DNA of 63,283 nt, the filler included, from Gonapodya sp. JEL0774 (taxonomy: Eukaryota), in assembly GCA_027604505.1 (NCBI GenBank). It is 51 parts of 51 records of this genome, joined end to end, with 100 filler letters (N's around TTAATTAATTAA, not from the genome) between each part and the next. Parts side by side here need not be neighbours in the genome. Positions count along the whole stretch, not along the records: positions 1 to 1,152 come from JADIIX010003742.1; positions 1,253 to 2,403 come from JADIIX010003743.1; positions 2,504 to 3,654 come from JADIIX010003744.1; positions 3,755 to 4,905 come from JADIIX010003745.1; positions 5,006 to 6,156 come from JADIIX010003746.1; positions 6,257 to 7,407 come from JADIIX010003747.1; positions 7,508 to 8,657 come from JADIIX010003748.1; positions 8,758 to 9,906 come from JADIIX010003749.1; 43 more parts are not named here. The stretch is one strand, 5' to 3'. The notes beneath the pieces are model-generated. The model was given only the letters and a program-made list of their open reading frames with translations. It made no database searches and had not been told where the DNA came from. The translations under genes were made by a program, and so were the position numbers. Positions 1-12,504 of this stretch are shown here, piece by piece (within the stretch, counting starts at the first letter, position 1; each line of letters opens with the position of its first letter).

Positions 1-1049
1 CGCTCGAGGGCAGCCCGGCGCTCCGCAGCGGCAGTGAGCTTTTCTTCAGTCTTCCGACTGGGAGATTCCGAGACGAATAGGGTATACCGACGACCGTAAG
101 TTAAAAAATTGGGAGAAGGGGAGGGGAGGACTGCATGGAGGTGCGATGTATCCACGTACCTGAATTCTTGAGAGGAGTTGAGGAGCTTGTCTCGACGCTC
201 CTGGACTTCCTGATGGTGCTGGTGAAGAAAGTCCACTCGGGCGCGCTCCTACACGTATTCATAAGATAATGACGGGAGTCAGAATCCCGTTTCGTGCAGT
301 TCACTTCAGACGGATAACTCTGAACATTTTCACCGCTACTGGTATTCGCAGCTTCCTCGACGCATTCATCACGGCCTAACAAAAAGAAACGTACCATCTC
401 TTCCTTTTTGGCTCCAGCCAGCTCCAGCTTTTGGAGAATCCGTGCGAGTTTCTCATGTTGTTCCGTAGAGAGCTCTTCCTTGGCACGTGAGGCTGATTCG
501 GTAGCCCTCTCAACAATTTTTCGGGCTTTTGAGGCGCGTGCTTCATCGTGAGTCTTTAGGGATTGTTGGCGGTCCAATTTTGATTGTCATTGGAGCAATT
601 CGCTCAGCAGCATGATGAAAAGGCCACAAAATCACCTTTTTCCGCTCGGCAGCAGACTCGACCTTCTCCATGAGTTCCTCGACACTGGAGCTGATTGAAA
701 TCGATTTGAAAGATAAATTTCGGTGTTAAAGGGTCAGCAATCGAGGTGCGGCGTTTGACGTGTCGGACGTGGACAGGTTTGTCAGTCACGGTCAACACGA
801 TAAACTGACTCGTTCCGGTGCCATCTACACGAAAGCTACACTGAATTTCGGATCTTCCTCGGTGCAAGTCTTTCCTGAGGCTGCCTGACGCGATGCGCCA
901 GCCGGCGCAAGTTCTGCATAAACCCACCTTCGGCTCTCAGCCCATTGCTCCCACTTCTTGGCGATTTTTGAGGGAGTTTTCGGTGGCTCTTGCGTAGATT
1001 CTGTAAGGTCTACCGTGAAAGCTGTCATCTTTGGTGGAGTCTCCATCCT
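1..1049 (-). CDS. Spliced coiled-coil protein of unknown function (3' partial)
   Basis: Charged helical exons (RQQSLKTHDEARASKARKIVERA...KLELAGAKKEEM; HQEVQERRDKLLNS; KKKLTAAAERRAALE) separated by GT-AG introns. Confidence 0.4.
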
Positions 1050-1152
1050 CTCGTGGCTTTGCGAACAACGCGGGCGCGGGATGAACAATTTTGAGTGCCA
1101 CGTTTCTTGTCCATCATCCCCTGTTTCCGAGCTTACAATCGTGGATACATAC

Positions 1153-1252
1153 NNNNNNNNNNNNNNNNNNNNNNNNNNNNNNNNNNNNNNNNNNNNTTAA
1201 TTAATTAANNNNNNNNNNNNNNNNNNNNNNNNNNNNNNNNNNNNNNNNNNNN
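1153..1252. other. Artificial contig-joining linker (first of 50, spaced about every 1.24 kb; last at 62051-62150)
   Basis: 44 N + TTAATTAATTAA (stops in all six frames) + 44 N, identical each time; intervening segments shrink steadily from about 1152 to about 1133 bp. Confidence 0.98.
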
Positions 1253-2403
1253 GGAGAGCTGAAGGGGGTTCTTTTTCGGGCGGCTGGCGAGTCCGTTGGG
1301 TGGTTACAGGTGGGCGCGGACCCACCTCGCGACTTCTGGACTGAGGAGCTGGAAAGTGAGCGCGAAGCCCTCATATTGGCCACGGAACAACACCAATCCA
1401 CCATAGATCGTGGGCGTGGAGGTAGTTTGCAGGCACGGATCGAGGGGAGGACTTTGACCGGTCGGTACAAGGTGTACCGCACTCACCTTGCGGAGCAGAA
1501 ATCGACCATGTTCCACAAGGCTGTGGACGACCTGGGACTGCCCCAAAACTCCGGGGCATTCATGCGGATGGTGAAGGGGGCGCGGAAGCGGGAGTCAGGC
1601 GGGGGGTGTGGACTTGACCCCTCGCGCATCAATGATCACGTCCAGCACTTCCGGACAACGTTCGGTGGGGCACCAACGGGGGAAATCATCCCCCTCACTC
1701 TTGCCGAGGATCAGCTCAGCCCGGAGATTGCAGTGGACATGCTCATCACGGTGGACACGGTGACCGAGAAGTTACGGGAATTGCCAGCGGGGAAGGCGTG
1801 GGGCACGGACGACGTACCGGCCGAGTTTCTCAAACACGGTGGGGAGCCCCTCATAAACGCTCTCGTACCTTTTCTGAGGATGGTGGCGGCGGTGGAGTGC
1901 ATACCAACGGAATGGAGGACGGCGTTGGTGGTGCCAATATGGAAGAAGAAGGGGGACGTACGGGACATCTCCACATACCGTCCCATCTCGCTCACGTGCA
2001 CCGGGCGGCGTCTCTACGAGCGCCTACTCCTGGCGGACGTTAACCGATTCACCTCCCACCTCTCGGATGCACAGGGGGGATTTCGACCCGAGCGAGGGAC
2101 TGCACACCAGGCGCTCGCACTCCATGAGACCCTCATCGCAAACACCACCGCCCGGGTCGCTTTCCTCGATCTCCAGGCAGCATACGATCTGGTGGACAGG
2201 CGGAGACTATGGGGGATCCTCAGGGAGAGGTTTCGTATGCCGGCACGTACCATTGCGCGCCTTCGCGATCTGTTCGACTCATGCATTTCCCAGCTCGTCG
2301 TGAATGGTTCCCGCAGCAACCCCATCGACAACCTCCGTGGCCTGATGCAGGGATCATCGCTCTCGCCCGTCGTGTTCAATTTTTTCATCGACGAGCTCAT
2401 CCG
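1253..2403 (+). mobile_element. Non-LTR retrotransposon (LINE) ORF2, reverse transcriptase N-terminal half
   Basis: ORF 1310-2403 has GKAWGTDDVPAEFLK, WRTALVVPIWKKKGD...YRPISL, QGGFRPERGT, FLDLQAAYDLVD, GLMQGSSLSPVVFNFFID. Confidence 0.95.
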
Positions 2404-2503
2404 NNNNNNNNNNNNNNNNNNNNNNNNNNNNNNNNNNNNNNNNNNNNTTAATTAATTAANNNNNNNNNNNNNNNNNNNNNNNNNNNNNNNNNNNNNNNNN
2501 NNN

Positions 2504-3654
2504 GAACAGACGGTCCAACAGATGTTCAATGGAGGCAATAGCGGGGGAAATACCAGAGCCGGCGACAAGGAAAACATAGGCGTCGTGGAAGGGACCTTCG
2601 GTAACAAAGGAAACAGGATTACCAAAAGGTCCTTGCAGGCACACTGTGTGAGACGACACCGAACGAAAAGAACCAGAGAGGATGTTAGAATGACACGCTA
2701 CTCGCTACACTCGGTCTTCGTACCTCTTGCGTACCCCTTCTTTGATTCTTCCAAATACCTGAACACTTTTTGCGTCCATTGTTTGGGGCCTTTGCTCGGT
2801 CCGACGAGAAACGTGATCTTTCCCTGGGCGCAACTAGCAACACTCCAAGGGTGGGCCTCCAGCCTCGAAACCGATGGTACAATCACGCGCATGAATTGAC
2901 CTGGTAGGGCCGATTTGTCGCATGTGACTGTGATGACCTTGTAGCCCGAAGGCTCGTGGGAGACGGAGGCGACAGGCAAAACTATGAATCGCGAGGAGAC
3001 ACGCATGACGACATCGACACCGTAGAGCAGGAGGCCTTACAGAGTGCAAAAGAATCCATAATGAGGATTATTATTTCTGGACGGAGCAAACCCGATGACA
3101 TATCGACGTACTTACCGGGGACTGCAAAGTAAATATCAATGGAGTCGTGGAGGTACGCAAATCCAATGAACGGAATGCCCAGCAAGTGACTCCAAAGAAA
3201 TAGATTGTAACGAGTTCTTCGGACTACTTCGAGCGCGAACACCACGATCAGCAAGAGGCATGCCAGTGCTGGCAACGCAGTCGCGTATCGAAACTTCTCG
3301 CTTCCCCATTTAGCACCTGCTGGAATCGTGAAGAACGTCTGAACAAGAGGGACGAGCTCGAGAGATTTCCAAGCCATGGAAAGAACAGTGTGAAGGAGCG
3401 CGAATGCGGTGAGAGCCCAGGCAGTCCACTGGTGGACCCGGAGGCAGGATGTGTAAGGAATGCGAAGGTAGTGCGCCACCACCGAATTTTTGGATGTCGG
3501 AATAAGGAGAAATCCGATAAGCATTGCGCACATGTCACCTGCGTCAGAAAACGGATGGTGGTTGCATGAACACATTAAACACCGCAGCAAATGGTGTTCG
3601 TTTGTGATGCACACCAGAAATGTAGGTTAGCGCTTCGTAGAAATAGGAGTCCCA
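2504..3654 (-). CDS. Ferric reductase / NOX-family flavocytochrome (internal fragment, spliced)
   Basis: Heme-binding TM region (RVHQW...LLHTV; VRRTRYNLFLWSH...YLH), FAD motif HPWSVAS with PGQF, NADPH motif QGPFG...LVAGSGISP. Confidence 0.92.
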
Positions 3655-3786
3655 NNNNNNNNNNNNNNNNNNNNNNNNNNNNNNNNNNNNNNNNNNNNTT
3701 AATTAATTAANNNNNNNNNNNNNNNNNNNNNNNNNNNNNNNNNNNNNNNNNNNNACTGTGAACACAACCAGGCTACATGTATATAA

Positions 3787-4905
3787 TTATCCACTGATCC
3801 GAGCTTTCTTCCACCTCTTGATCTCATTCTCGACAACTCTGAGGCAAGTGGACCGGTAAGAAATCGCGTCCTCAATTTCGCCTGCAAAGACCAGACCAAG
3901 TGTGGTTCCGCCCGCCACATCGAATCGGATCACGTTCTTGGGGCCTGCATAGTTCAGCGGGAGACTAGATCAGAGCTCGACTCAAACTGAGCTCGCGCTC
4001 CAAAGGCAGCTCACAATATTCTTCATTCGATATGGTCAAATCCGCAAACTCCGCAATCCGCAGGAACCTGTATGGCTTCTCATTGTCTGTCGCAGCCGTT
4101 GTCCCTTTCCATCCAAGCCAGGCGAACATAGATTCCGACCATGAGGGTTGCACCACTTCTACCACCAACAACGAGTCGGAGAATACAAATACTTTGAGCT
4201 CTCCAGTGCCGCCCTCCTCCTGGACGTCTACAACCTCGGTCACCAGAGACCTAGACTTCATCATCAGCGATGACGGACATCCAGAGATGGAATCGTACGT
4301 AGTCACAAGACTTGCATTGTTCACAGCTTGATTGTGCCGCGCCTCAATAGACCCTTTGAGCGAGACAAGCAGGCTGCGAGCGCGTAGAACAGCGTCAAGG
4401 TCGGAATTTGTTGGTGGAGAGTGATTAATAACATCTGCAACAACGCGAAAGGGTAGGAAACAAGTTAACAAGATCGTACAAAACTCCAAGTGAACATTTT
4501 ATCACTCACAGTCAAGAGTTCTCTGGTAAAAAGCAACATGCGATGCTGGTAGGTTGATAAAAGTACTTACTGCTCGCTTGTCGGTCAGTTCACTTGCTTC
4601 CACGAGCTTATTTCCATTACATAAAGTGCGAAAGTCACGGTGAGCTCCGATTGGCATTCGCGATTCCTGGAGGTTTCACACTGAACAATCACCTTTAGGA
4701 AGCGCTCGAACTCGGGTCTGCGGGACTGATTCCGCCATTCCCAATGACACAGCTCGAGGTTCTCCATGTACGGAATGTAAGCTATTCGCCAATCGGGGAT
4801 CTTGAGAAGTGGGGTTTTCGGGAGATTCCTTCAAACTCAGATCATCACACCCTTCAAAGGAGCTCACATGATCCAAAAAGAGTCGTCCAATAGAGCTCGA
4901 CTGGA
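3787..4905 (-). CDS. DH-PH (RhoGEF-like) protein, 3' part
   Basis: DH-like helices (RRPEFERFLK; DVINHSPPTNSDLDAVLRARSLL) followed by a PH-like strand ELKVFVFSDSLLVV; spliced. Confidence 0.55.
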
Positions 4906-5157
4906 NNNNNNNNNNNNNNNNNNNNNNNNNNNNNNNNNNNNNNNNNNNNTTAATTAATTAANNNNNNNNNNNNNNNNNNNNNNNNNNNNNNNNNNNNNNN
5001 NNNNNCAGTCAAGTGGTGGCCGTCCTGGGTCAAGCTATTCAGACGATACAAATGTCAGTTGATATCCGTCGATTCCACTCATAACAGGCATAATAGTACT
5101 GATGTGCTCTTCTGAGGAACAAACAGAGTTACAATGGACCTAATCTGAGAAAAAGGT

Positions 5158-6156
5158 TCACTCGTCCATTTGATCCTCTTCCTCTTCCTCTGCAAATTCA
5201 TCATCAAATGTGCTGGTGGGTACTTCGTAAATCCGAATCATGTTCTAAGGATTATCCAGCCGAGCTTTATCAATTCTTTCATTCACCACAAAAAATACGT
5301 TCCTACTAACTCACCTTGTTGGGGTCCCTCACCAACACGTACTTCCCGTCGTCGTATCCCCACAGCCTGTCGATCAAAGTCCGCACAATGCCCCATCCGT
5401 TGTTCAGGTTCAAGTTCATCTGCCCGGCAAACTCTTTCGGCTTAAATGCAATGGTGGACAATAAGACGTGACTCTTGGTCGTACGTGGAGCAGGTCGGGA
5501 AACGAAACTAGTCGAAACAATTGAAACTCGAATTCAAAACAACCGAAAACCATCAGAGGAGGACCTTCGACAGTACTGAGCACACACCCGAGCCTAATCT
5601 GACTTGCACCCGCAAGAACAGCTTCGACAGCCCACCGCGCCATCCTGTTACCGTTGTTCTTAATCTCGGTTGCAACAACAGCACCTCTTTGCGCTTCCAG
5701 CCTCTTTCTCCAGTCTGTTGCGCGGAGATCATGTTCAAGCAGTGCCTTCACGCTCATGAGCAGGGTGTCTCCGGCAGGGGAAGAGGACTCCTCAGGCACA
5801 AGTCCAGCTGATCCGGCGCCAGAATGTTGAACGTATACGGCGGCATCGAGGGATGTTCGGACAGCAACATCGGTTTGAGGAAGATGGAACGTGCGGTATC
5901 GGAGGATGAGGGAGCCTTGAGGACCATCGGCAGCCTCGGCGAAGGGGTTCGGATCCTCAAGAGTGAATTTGTTGGACTGAAATGGGAAACGCGAATGTCA
6001 ATTGGTTGGTCATCGGACGTAAGAGGCTCGTAGAGCAGTCACCTCCTTAGTAATAAGTCCCAAAAAGTCTCTTTGAACCTGGGAAGCTTCTGCCGCTAAC
6101 ACACCGGCTGTGTTTTCCTTGATGTCGGAAGTCTCCGGAGGTGGTTCCGTTGCGTT
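5158..6156 (-). CDS. EIF3D: Translation initiation factor eIF3 subunit D, 3' part
   Basis: DWRKRLEAQRGAVVATEIKNNGNRMARWAVEAVLAGASQIRLG; YVLVRDPNK; acidic C-terminus ending at 5158. Confidence 0.95.
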
Positions 6157-6256
6157 NNNNNNNNNNNNNNNNNNNNNNNNNNNNNNNNNNNNNNNNNNNN
6201 TTAATTAATTAANNNNNNNNNNNNNNNNNNNNNNNNNNNNNNNNNNNNNNNNNNNN

Positions 6257-7407
6257 GGAGGGCGTGAACCAAGGTAGAGGGGGCAGAGAGCAAAAATTTG
6301 TACGGTACATTTGAAGACATGTTCAAAAAACTCGGCGGGAATGCCGCCTCCACGGTCGGTGATCTTGACTTCAATAAACTTCAGAAATAGATACGCTAAT
6401 CAAGGCTCGGTTCGCACATAAATCCATGACATCGGACTCACCTCCCCTTCCTCACCAATCTCAACCCCAACCTCCTCCCACGGCTCCCCCTCCATGGTAT
6501 TCTCCATCACCGTCCTGAGAGAATTCTTACACAGTTCAAACACGATCATGCGCACGTGACCAGGAACGCCCAATATTTTGGTCGCCGTGTTCGATACAAC
6601 TGTGACAGGTGGGGGCTCATCACCACCAAAATAGTCCTGGGCAACAGTTCGAGCCGAGGAAATAGCCGAGTAGACGACAGATGTAACGTCCATTGCCGTG
6701 TCCACGATGCCAACCATGGTGGTATTGGTCCGTGTCTTGGACCACGACCCAGCCTCCGCATTCCTCAGTAGCTCCAAATGTTGAGTTGTAATCATTTTGT
6801 TTCCGAGTGCTGCAAGGTGGTATGATTCGAGGTATCTTTGTACAGTGTCGCCCAATACCGAGATTTCCGGATGTGTGGAAGTGAGGCGGAGGATGCCAGC
6901 AGCAAGAACCGAGGTGATGGGGTCGTGTCGGTGGCGGTAAGCCGCCAAAATTGCGGCAAAACGCCTGAGAGGGCGAGAGAAAAGGAGGAGGCGGAACGAT
7001 GGTAGGCATATGCATGATGGGGTCACCTTGCCTTGTGGCGTCTGTGGTGTTGTCGCCGAAAGGTTGCAACTCACCGGTTGAGAGCCTCTGCATAGGGCGG
7101 AGTATTCAACGGAGCCACAGGCATAAAGTAAGGATGCTCATTGTATTTCATCTTCACCGAGCCGTGAAAGGTACGAGTGTTGGAGCACTCTCTGTGGAAC
7201 TCGGGAACCGCCAACGTTGTTAGTCCCCTCGCTCCTGTGATTCGGGACCAAAAACCACCCGAGACGGAGCTTTTCGATGCGGGAGATGCTGAGGACGCGT
7301 TGGGGCGAGGGGTGGTGGCGAATGCGAGCTCTGGAACTTCCACCTCATTGAAGTGGACGAGCTCCTACTTCGGTAAAAGGTCAAAAGTCTACAAGACGTT
7401 GGTAGCT
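6257..7407 (-). CDS. Mitochondrial alpha-ketoacid dehydrogenase kinase (PDK/BCKDK family), internal fragment
   Basis: RHRHDPITSVLAAG, N-box VPGHVRMIVFELCKNSLR, G1 box ITDRGGGIP. Confidence 0.9.
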
Positions 7408-7507
7408 NNNNNNNNNNNNNNNNNNNNNNNNNNNNNNNNNNNNNNNNNNNNTTAATTAATTAANNNNNNNNNNNNNNNNNNNNNNNNNNNNNNNNNNNNN
7501 NNNNNNN

Positions 7508-8428
7508 AAATTGCTTGCCAGGATGATTCTCGAACGATTCGGATCCCCGCCTCTCGCTTCAATCAATCTATCGTTATCCAGCAGATGATGGCTGATACGG
7601 ATCTACGTATCCCTTTTCATAAGGACTTCGTCCATGCAAGTAACACTCCAGAGTTCAACATAAACGCACTTTCGAATTTTACTCAGCTGGAGCAGTGCCA
7701 TGACTTGAGAGACATTGTGATGGACTCTGTAGTCAAGTTAGAGGTGCTTGGAGGTGGTGGAGACAACTTCGAACGCACCGCCCCGCGGCTTCAGACGGAC
7801 TTGACTGTGTTTCCAGCAATAGTGGAAGTGTCTTGTGGGAGCCTTTTCCCTGTCTCAGAGTTTGACGACCCAGGGTGATAGCGACTGTCCCAGCGTCTGT
7901 GCGAGCTCGACCGAGGTGTCTGGAGGCATCCCCGATGACTGAATGCGGGCCCGCAGCCAGACTGGCGCTTTTGAAGTCCCCAATCATGTTTCCCAACTTG
8001 AAGGAGGTTGGGACACTTTATTTCGATGATTTCTGGCTGAAAGGGTTGCTTATCCCTCCGCACTCTCCATGTCCACCCTTGACAGGAGTTCAAAAGTTCC
8101 ACATCACCATGACAACTACGAGCATTCCTGATAGTGCAACTTCTGTGCGCATGGAAGAAAGGCCAAGCACCTCCTCAGACTACTACCATCTCTAAAGCAT
8201 CTGGTAGTCAAACTTATGATCTTCAACTCCAATCTTGACAAGCAGGACGATATTGAAAGGATTGAGGGGTTTTTGGATCTCCTCTTACACGTAGGATCAC
8301 CTGGGTGCATTGTGGAGCTTCCTCAAATGCGAGAACTGTTCAGTGCTGATCTGCTGAACATGCTACGGCGCATTAATCCTATTGCAGATGGGTCTCGGCC
8401 ATTTGGGGATGGCAAGGCAACTCGGTGA
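7508..8428 (+). pseudogene. Fragmented intronless coding-like sequence, probable pseudogene
   Basis: Successive same-strand ORFs (7585-7878, 7875-8195, 8216-8428) in shifting frames without clear splice sites; FPNLKEVGTL is LRR-like. Confidence 0.35.
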
Positions 8429-8757
8429 AGAGAGTCTGCACTGTTGTTTAGGCCAGAGGGGCGAAATTGGATGTTGGATACGCATGTGGACCCGAGCATG
8501 ATTGTGTAATTGACCTGACGGAAGCATTGCCAAGGAACATTGCTTGAGAGTGTGGGGTTCTGGCAAGAACTCTGTTATTTATGTGATGGGTGGGCCTCAG
8601 GTGCTTGCATAATTTAGCATTATTTGAGCTGGGGGATTGTGTGGGATTGGAATATCTNNNNNNNNNNNNNNNNNNNNNNNNNNNNNNNNNNNNNNNNNNN
8701 NTTAATTAATTAANNNNNNNNNNNNNNNNNNNNNNNNNNNNNNNNNNNNNNNNNNNN

Positions 8758-9653
8758 TTGTCCACGTGCATTGTGCCCATGGCGCCATCATCCGGACTAC
8801 TTGCGTCAGTACCGGAGCTTGGCAACATTGTCAACTGAGGTGGAACCAGATTGTATAGACTTTGCGCTTGACCAGGAACAACGCCGGGTGGCTCAAAAGA
8901 ATCAGTCGTAGTCAAATGTGCAGAACGGACCATTTCGTCGTGTTGGGAATTTTCACCGGGATCGCTCCCATCATCTGGAGCACTGCCATGAGATTCGCCA
9001 GTCGCACTGAACGCTCTCCAATCACCAAGAGTAGTCGAACCACTGGGAACTAAAATTCCATTATTCTTAGCGAAACTCTCCAGTTCGCGCAACCGTGATT
9101 GCAGGGCTTCGATCTGCTCCGTACGAGTTGTGTGCTGCCTTCGGAATTCTTTGGGAGTATATGTGCACACACGGTCCAGTCGAGTGCAAAGTGCACACGG
9201 AAGGTTTCCATCGCATTTCTTTTTAGATTTTCCACATCTGCGGTACGTTACCGCCGATTAAACCGCGGCGATGACATGTAACATGGGGAGAACTTCTAAG
9301 TAATGTCGACTCACCTATCGCACGCCACGACGCTCCTTGTCATTTGCGCAATGCTTCGTGTTCCTAGCGTCTCCAGAGTGTGAGGGGCGCTTCGCTCTCG
9401 ACTTGCTTGTGATCCCCGCCAAGCATTCAGAAGTTGTCACCGGATTAGAGAAACACTTAGGGACCAGGGGGACGCCGTCGATACCTTTAGCTCTGTATTC
9501 AGCGCTTCCCGATGAGATAATCGTTTTGCGATCCTCGCTGAGCAACTGGCTCGCGCCAGCATACGGATTAAAGCTCGAGGCCGACCCTATTCCACTCGTT
9601 GTTTCTGCCACTCCGACAGAGTAGGGTTGCGGTTGCTGCCCCCACGGAACCAT
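8758..9653 (-). CDS. Zn(II)2Cys6 fungal transcription factor, 5' part
   Basis: Spliced VACDR|CGKSKKKCDGNLPCALCTRLDRVCTY followed by coiled coil EQIEALQSRLRELE. Confidence 0.9.
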
Positions 9654-11255
9654 CTCCAACAGTGAAGGTGGCGCAGGGGACCGCTGGCTTGTTTCGACAA
9701 AAGTATGGCGGCGCGGCGATGGTTGAGTTAGTCGGATGGGTTCATGACCTGAAACATCATACTCGCAACACATTCATACATACTATGCAAGCACCTTTGT
9801 TGTGAGGTTCATGGATCTCAAAACTGCCTTTGCGAACTGATATCAGTATGTATCACCGACTGATATACCTTTTCTGTTGCCAGAGTAACACATTACTCTC
9901 TGTTATNNNNNNNNNNNNNNNNNNNNNNNNNNNNNNNNNNNNNNNNNNNNTTAATTAATTAANNNNNNNNNNNNNNNNNNNNNNNNNNNNNNNNNNNNNN
10001 NNNNNNGTTGCGTCAGCGAGTGCTGCGTATGCGGACATGGACGCGACGGGGTAGGAGCCCAGACACCCACTGTGGGTTGACGGGATAGAAAGGGATCGGT
10101 ACCGGGCAGGTCAGACGTCAGACAGACGGGTTCCCCAACCCCCCCTTATGAGACGTAAAGAGGATTCCCGAGGCACAACTCACTTGAGGAAGGTGCCGAT
10201 ACATAAGGTGGGCAGGATGTAGGACGGAATACCGACGGTGGTGGCGGGTGAGTACAGTGCGAGGGACAGCACTGCGAGTTTCTCGACGAGGGAGCCGAGG
10301 ACGGGGACTTTTGGGAGTGGTTTGGGGGTGACGGGGTGTGTGAACAACGAGCGAGGCTCCGGGATGAAAAGAGGGCCGGGAAGGCCAATTCAAACTCACA
10401 AAACATGACCCCCTTGCGCCACCCCCGATCACTGAGGTACCCGTACACGGGCGCCACGATGGCGGTGGGGATGTTGAAGCAGAGGGAGAGGAGGACGAGC
10501 CAGTGGGAGGACTAGACGGATCATGGAAAGGGTAAAGAGAGCAGAATAGGAACGGAACAGGAGGTAAGAGGTCCGCACCAGAGCTTGTACGGCGGGCGAG
10601 TTGCAAGGATCCACGAGAGGTTCGGGAGATGTGTTGTCTTCGGAGGGTGGGTATCTGGGAATCGAATGCAAGGAGGGCGCGGAAAGGGGCGGACGACGTC
10701 ACACGAACGAAGGAGAGTGTGAGACACTGTCCGTTCCCGAACGCTTCACAACGCGCGAGTTTAGGAGCTGGTGGGGTTTTCATGGTTGAAAATGGGCGGT
10801 CTGTTTCCTCGGTTCCAGCTGCATCGCTTCGGTGGGTCGTTTGGCTCCAATAAGATCCTGCCTCCGGCAGTGAAACAGTAACTCGTTCACCAACACCTCG
10901 AATGATGTGCTCTGTGCACTTTCATTCCGTGATGGGTCTCAACAGTGCGCTGCGCTGAGTCACCTGATGGCCGACCGACCCATACTGCCCGACCATCCTT
11001 CCCCATCATACCGTCAGTGGTGGACACCCGCTACTCCGATTCCTCTTGCAAACCCACGATTCCATTGTCTAGCATGGTGGCGAACCCTTTCGTTGACTAG
11101 GCTCCCAGAACACTCACAGTCCCTCGCAAATGGCCCCAATCACCAACTGGTTCCGNNNNNNNNNNNNNNNNNNNNNNNNNNNNNNNNNNNNNNNNNNNNT
11201 TAATTAATTAANNNNNNNNNNNNNNNNNNNNNNNNNNNNNNNNNNNNNNNNNNNN

Positions 11256-11794
11256 GTTTCCATTGTGGTCCTCACCTCCGAAAGCCCTTGCCTCTCTCAC
11301 ATCCTTCGCCTTGTCTTTCCGTTCCGCCTCGTACTCTCCTGTGCTCACATCGCCCAATATTCCGCCGAAAACGAACCAGTCGAACAGCTGCGCGTCCTGG
11401 GGAACGAGTGGCCCTGTACCCAATTCGTCAAGGAAGCACACCCGGGATGCCGGTGGGAAGGGACCCATGAATCCAGGAGAAGGTATTGGAACCGACGTGG
11501 GTGGGTTATCGACGAGGTCGGTTATGGATCGAGGAGTAGTGGGTATTTGAGAGAAAACGGCTCCAGGACCAGCGTTCGCATCCTCGGCAGAGCTTTCGAC
11601 AGCAGGTACGACAAGTGACGGATCCAAGTTCGTAATGAGAATGTCAGAAGCGGGTATCCGAGTGAGGAGGTGACAGTATTCGAGCTTCAACCTAAAAGTT
11701 GTGATGTCAAGGGGAAGACCACAGGAAAGAGAATCCGTCTTGCTCACCACTCGTACAGCTCATCCTCTAGATGCTCGATGATGTACTTAGGCAT
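11256..11794 (-). CDS. SFM1: SPOUT-family methyltransferase Sfm1 (DUF431), 5' part
   Basis: MPKYIIEHLEDELYEW|..LEY, RVCFLD, FDWFVFGGILGD. Confidence 0.9.
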
Positions 11795-11984
11795 CGGTGT
11801 GGCAATCGCGTTTTCAGTGGATTGTGGAGACTGTCCAATTATAGTGACATTACTTGTCACTCTCTGATCACTAAAGCATCCCAAACATTCCGGCATTGTA
11901 TGAAAATTTACAAGTTGGTTACGGAAAAATTTTGCCAAACTGTCAGGTTTCGGACGTTGTAACGATGTTCATTGCACTCCTCTC

Positions 11985-12354
11985 CTACAGCTTCTCCGAC
12001 CCGGCACTCTTCTTTCTCCCAAAAAACGTCTTGTCCATATAGACTCGTGGCTCATCCGTCTCATACGCTCTCCCGAACGCTTGAACACCCTCCTCAACAC
12101 CAGCCCTCACTCCGACCTCCTCCCACCTCCCCACCAACTCCTTCTGCAACCTCACCGCTCTCGGACCAGACGACAGAATATGGTCCACGGATTCTCGCAC
12201 CTTGGCATCCAGGCCAGCGGTGTTGGGTGCGAGGAATTCGATGAGACCCCATGACAGCGCTGTGGTGGAGGAGATGTTGGCGCCGGTGAGGAGGAGGTAT
12301 CGCGTGCGACCCCAGCCAATGAGTTGGGGGAGGAGGACAGCTTCCACAACGCTA
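11985..12354 (-). CDS. Enoyl-CoA hydratase/isomerase, last exon
   Basis: VEAVLLPQLIGWGRTRYLLLTGANISSTTALSWGLIE...GPRAVRLQKELV, crotonase C-terminal half. Confidence 0.88.
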
Positions 12355-12504
12355 TACGAAATTATAATTGGAGAATAGTGTAAGTTGAGCGTGCATGTGA
12401 CTGGNNNNNNNNNNNNNNNNNNNNNNNNNNNNNNNNNNNNNNNNNNNNTTAATTAATTAANNNNNNNNNNNNNNNNNNNNNNNNNNNNNNNNNNNNNNNN
12501 NNNN

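Noticed and set aside
10007..11155. ORFs of 60-220 aa in this contig
   Set aside because: No recognisable protein features; looks like promoter/5' UTR with introns ahead of a gene starting near 10038 on the minus strand
11985..12354. Bacterial-looking enoyl-CoA hydratase as contamination or HGT
   Set aside because: It has an upstream intron, shares a contig with spliced SFM1, and this family is known in fungi; no evidence without a phylogeny
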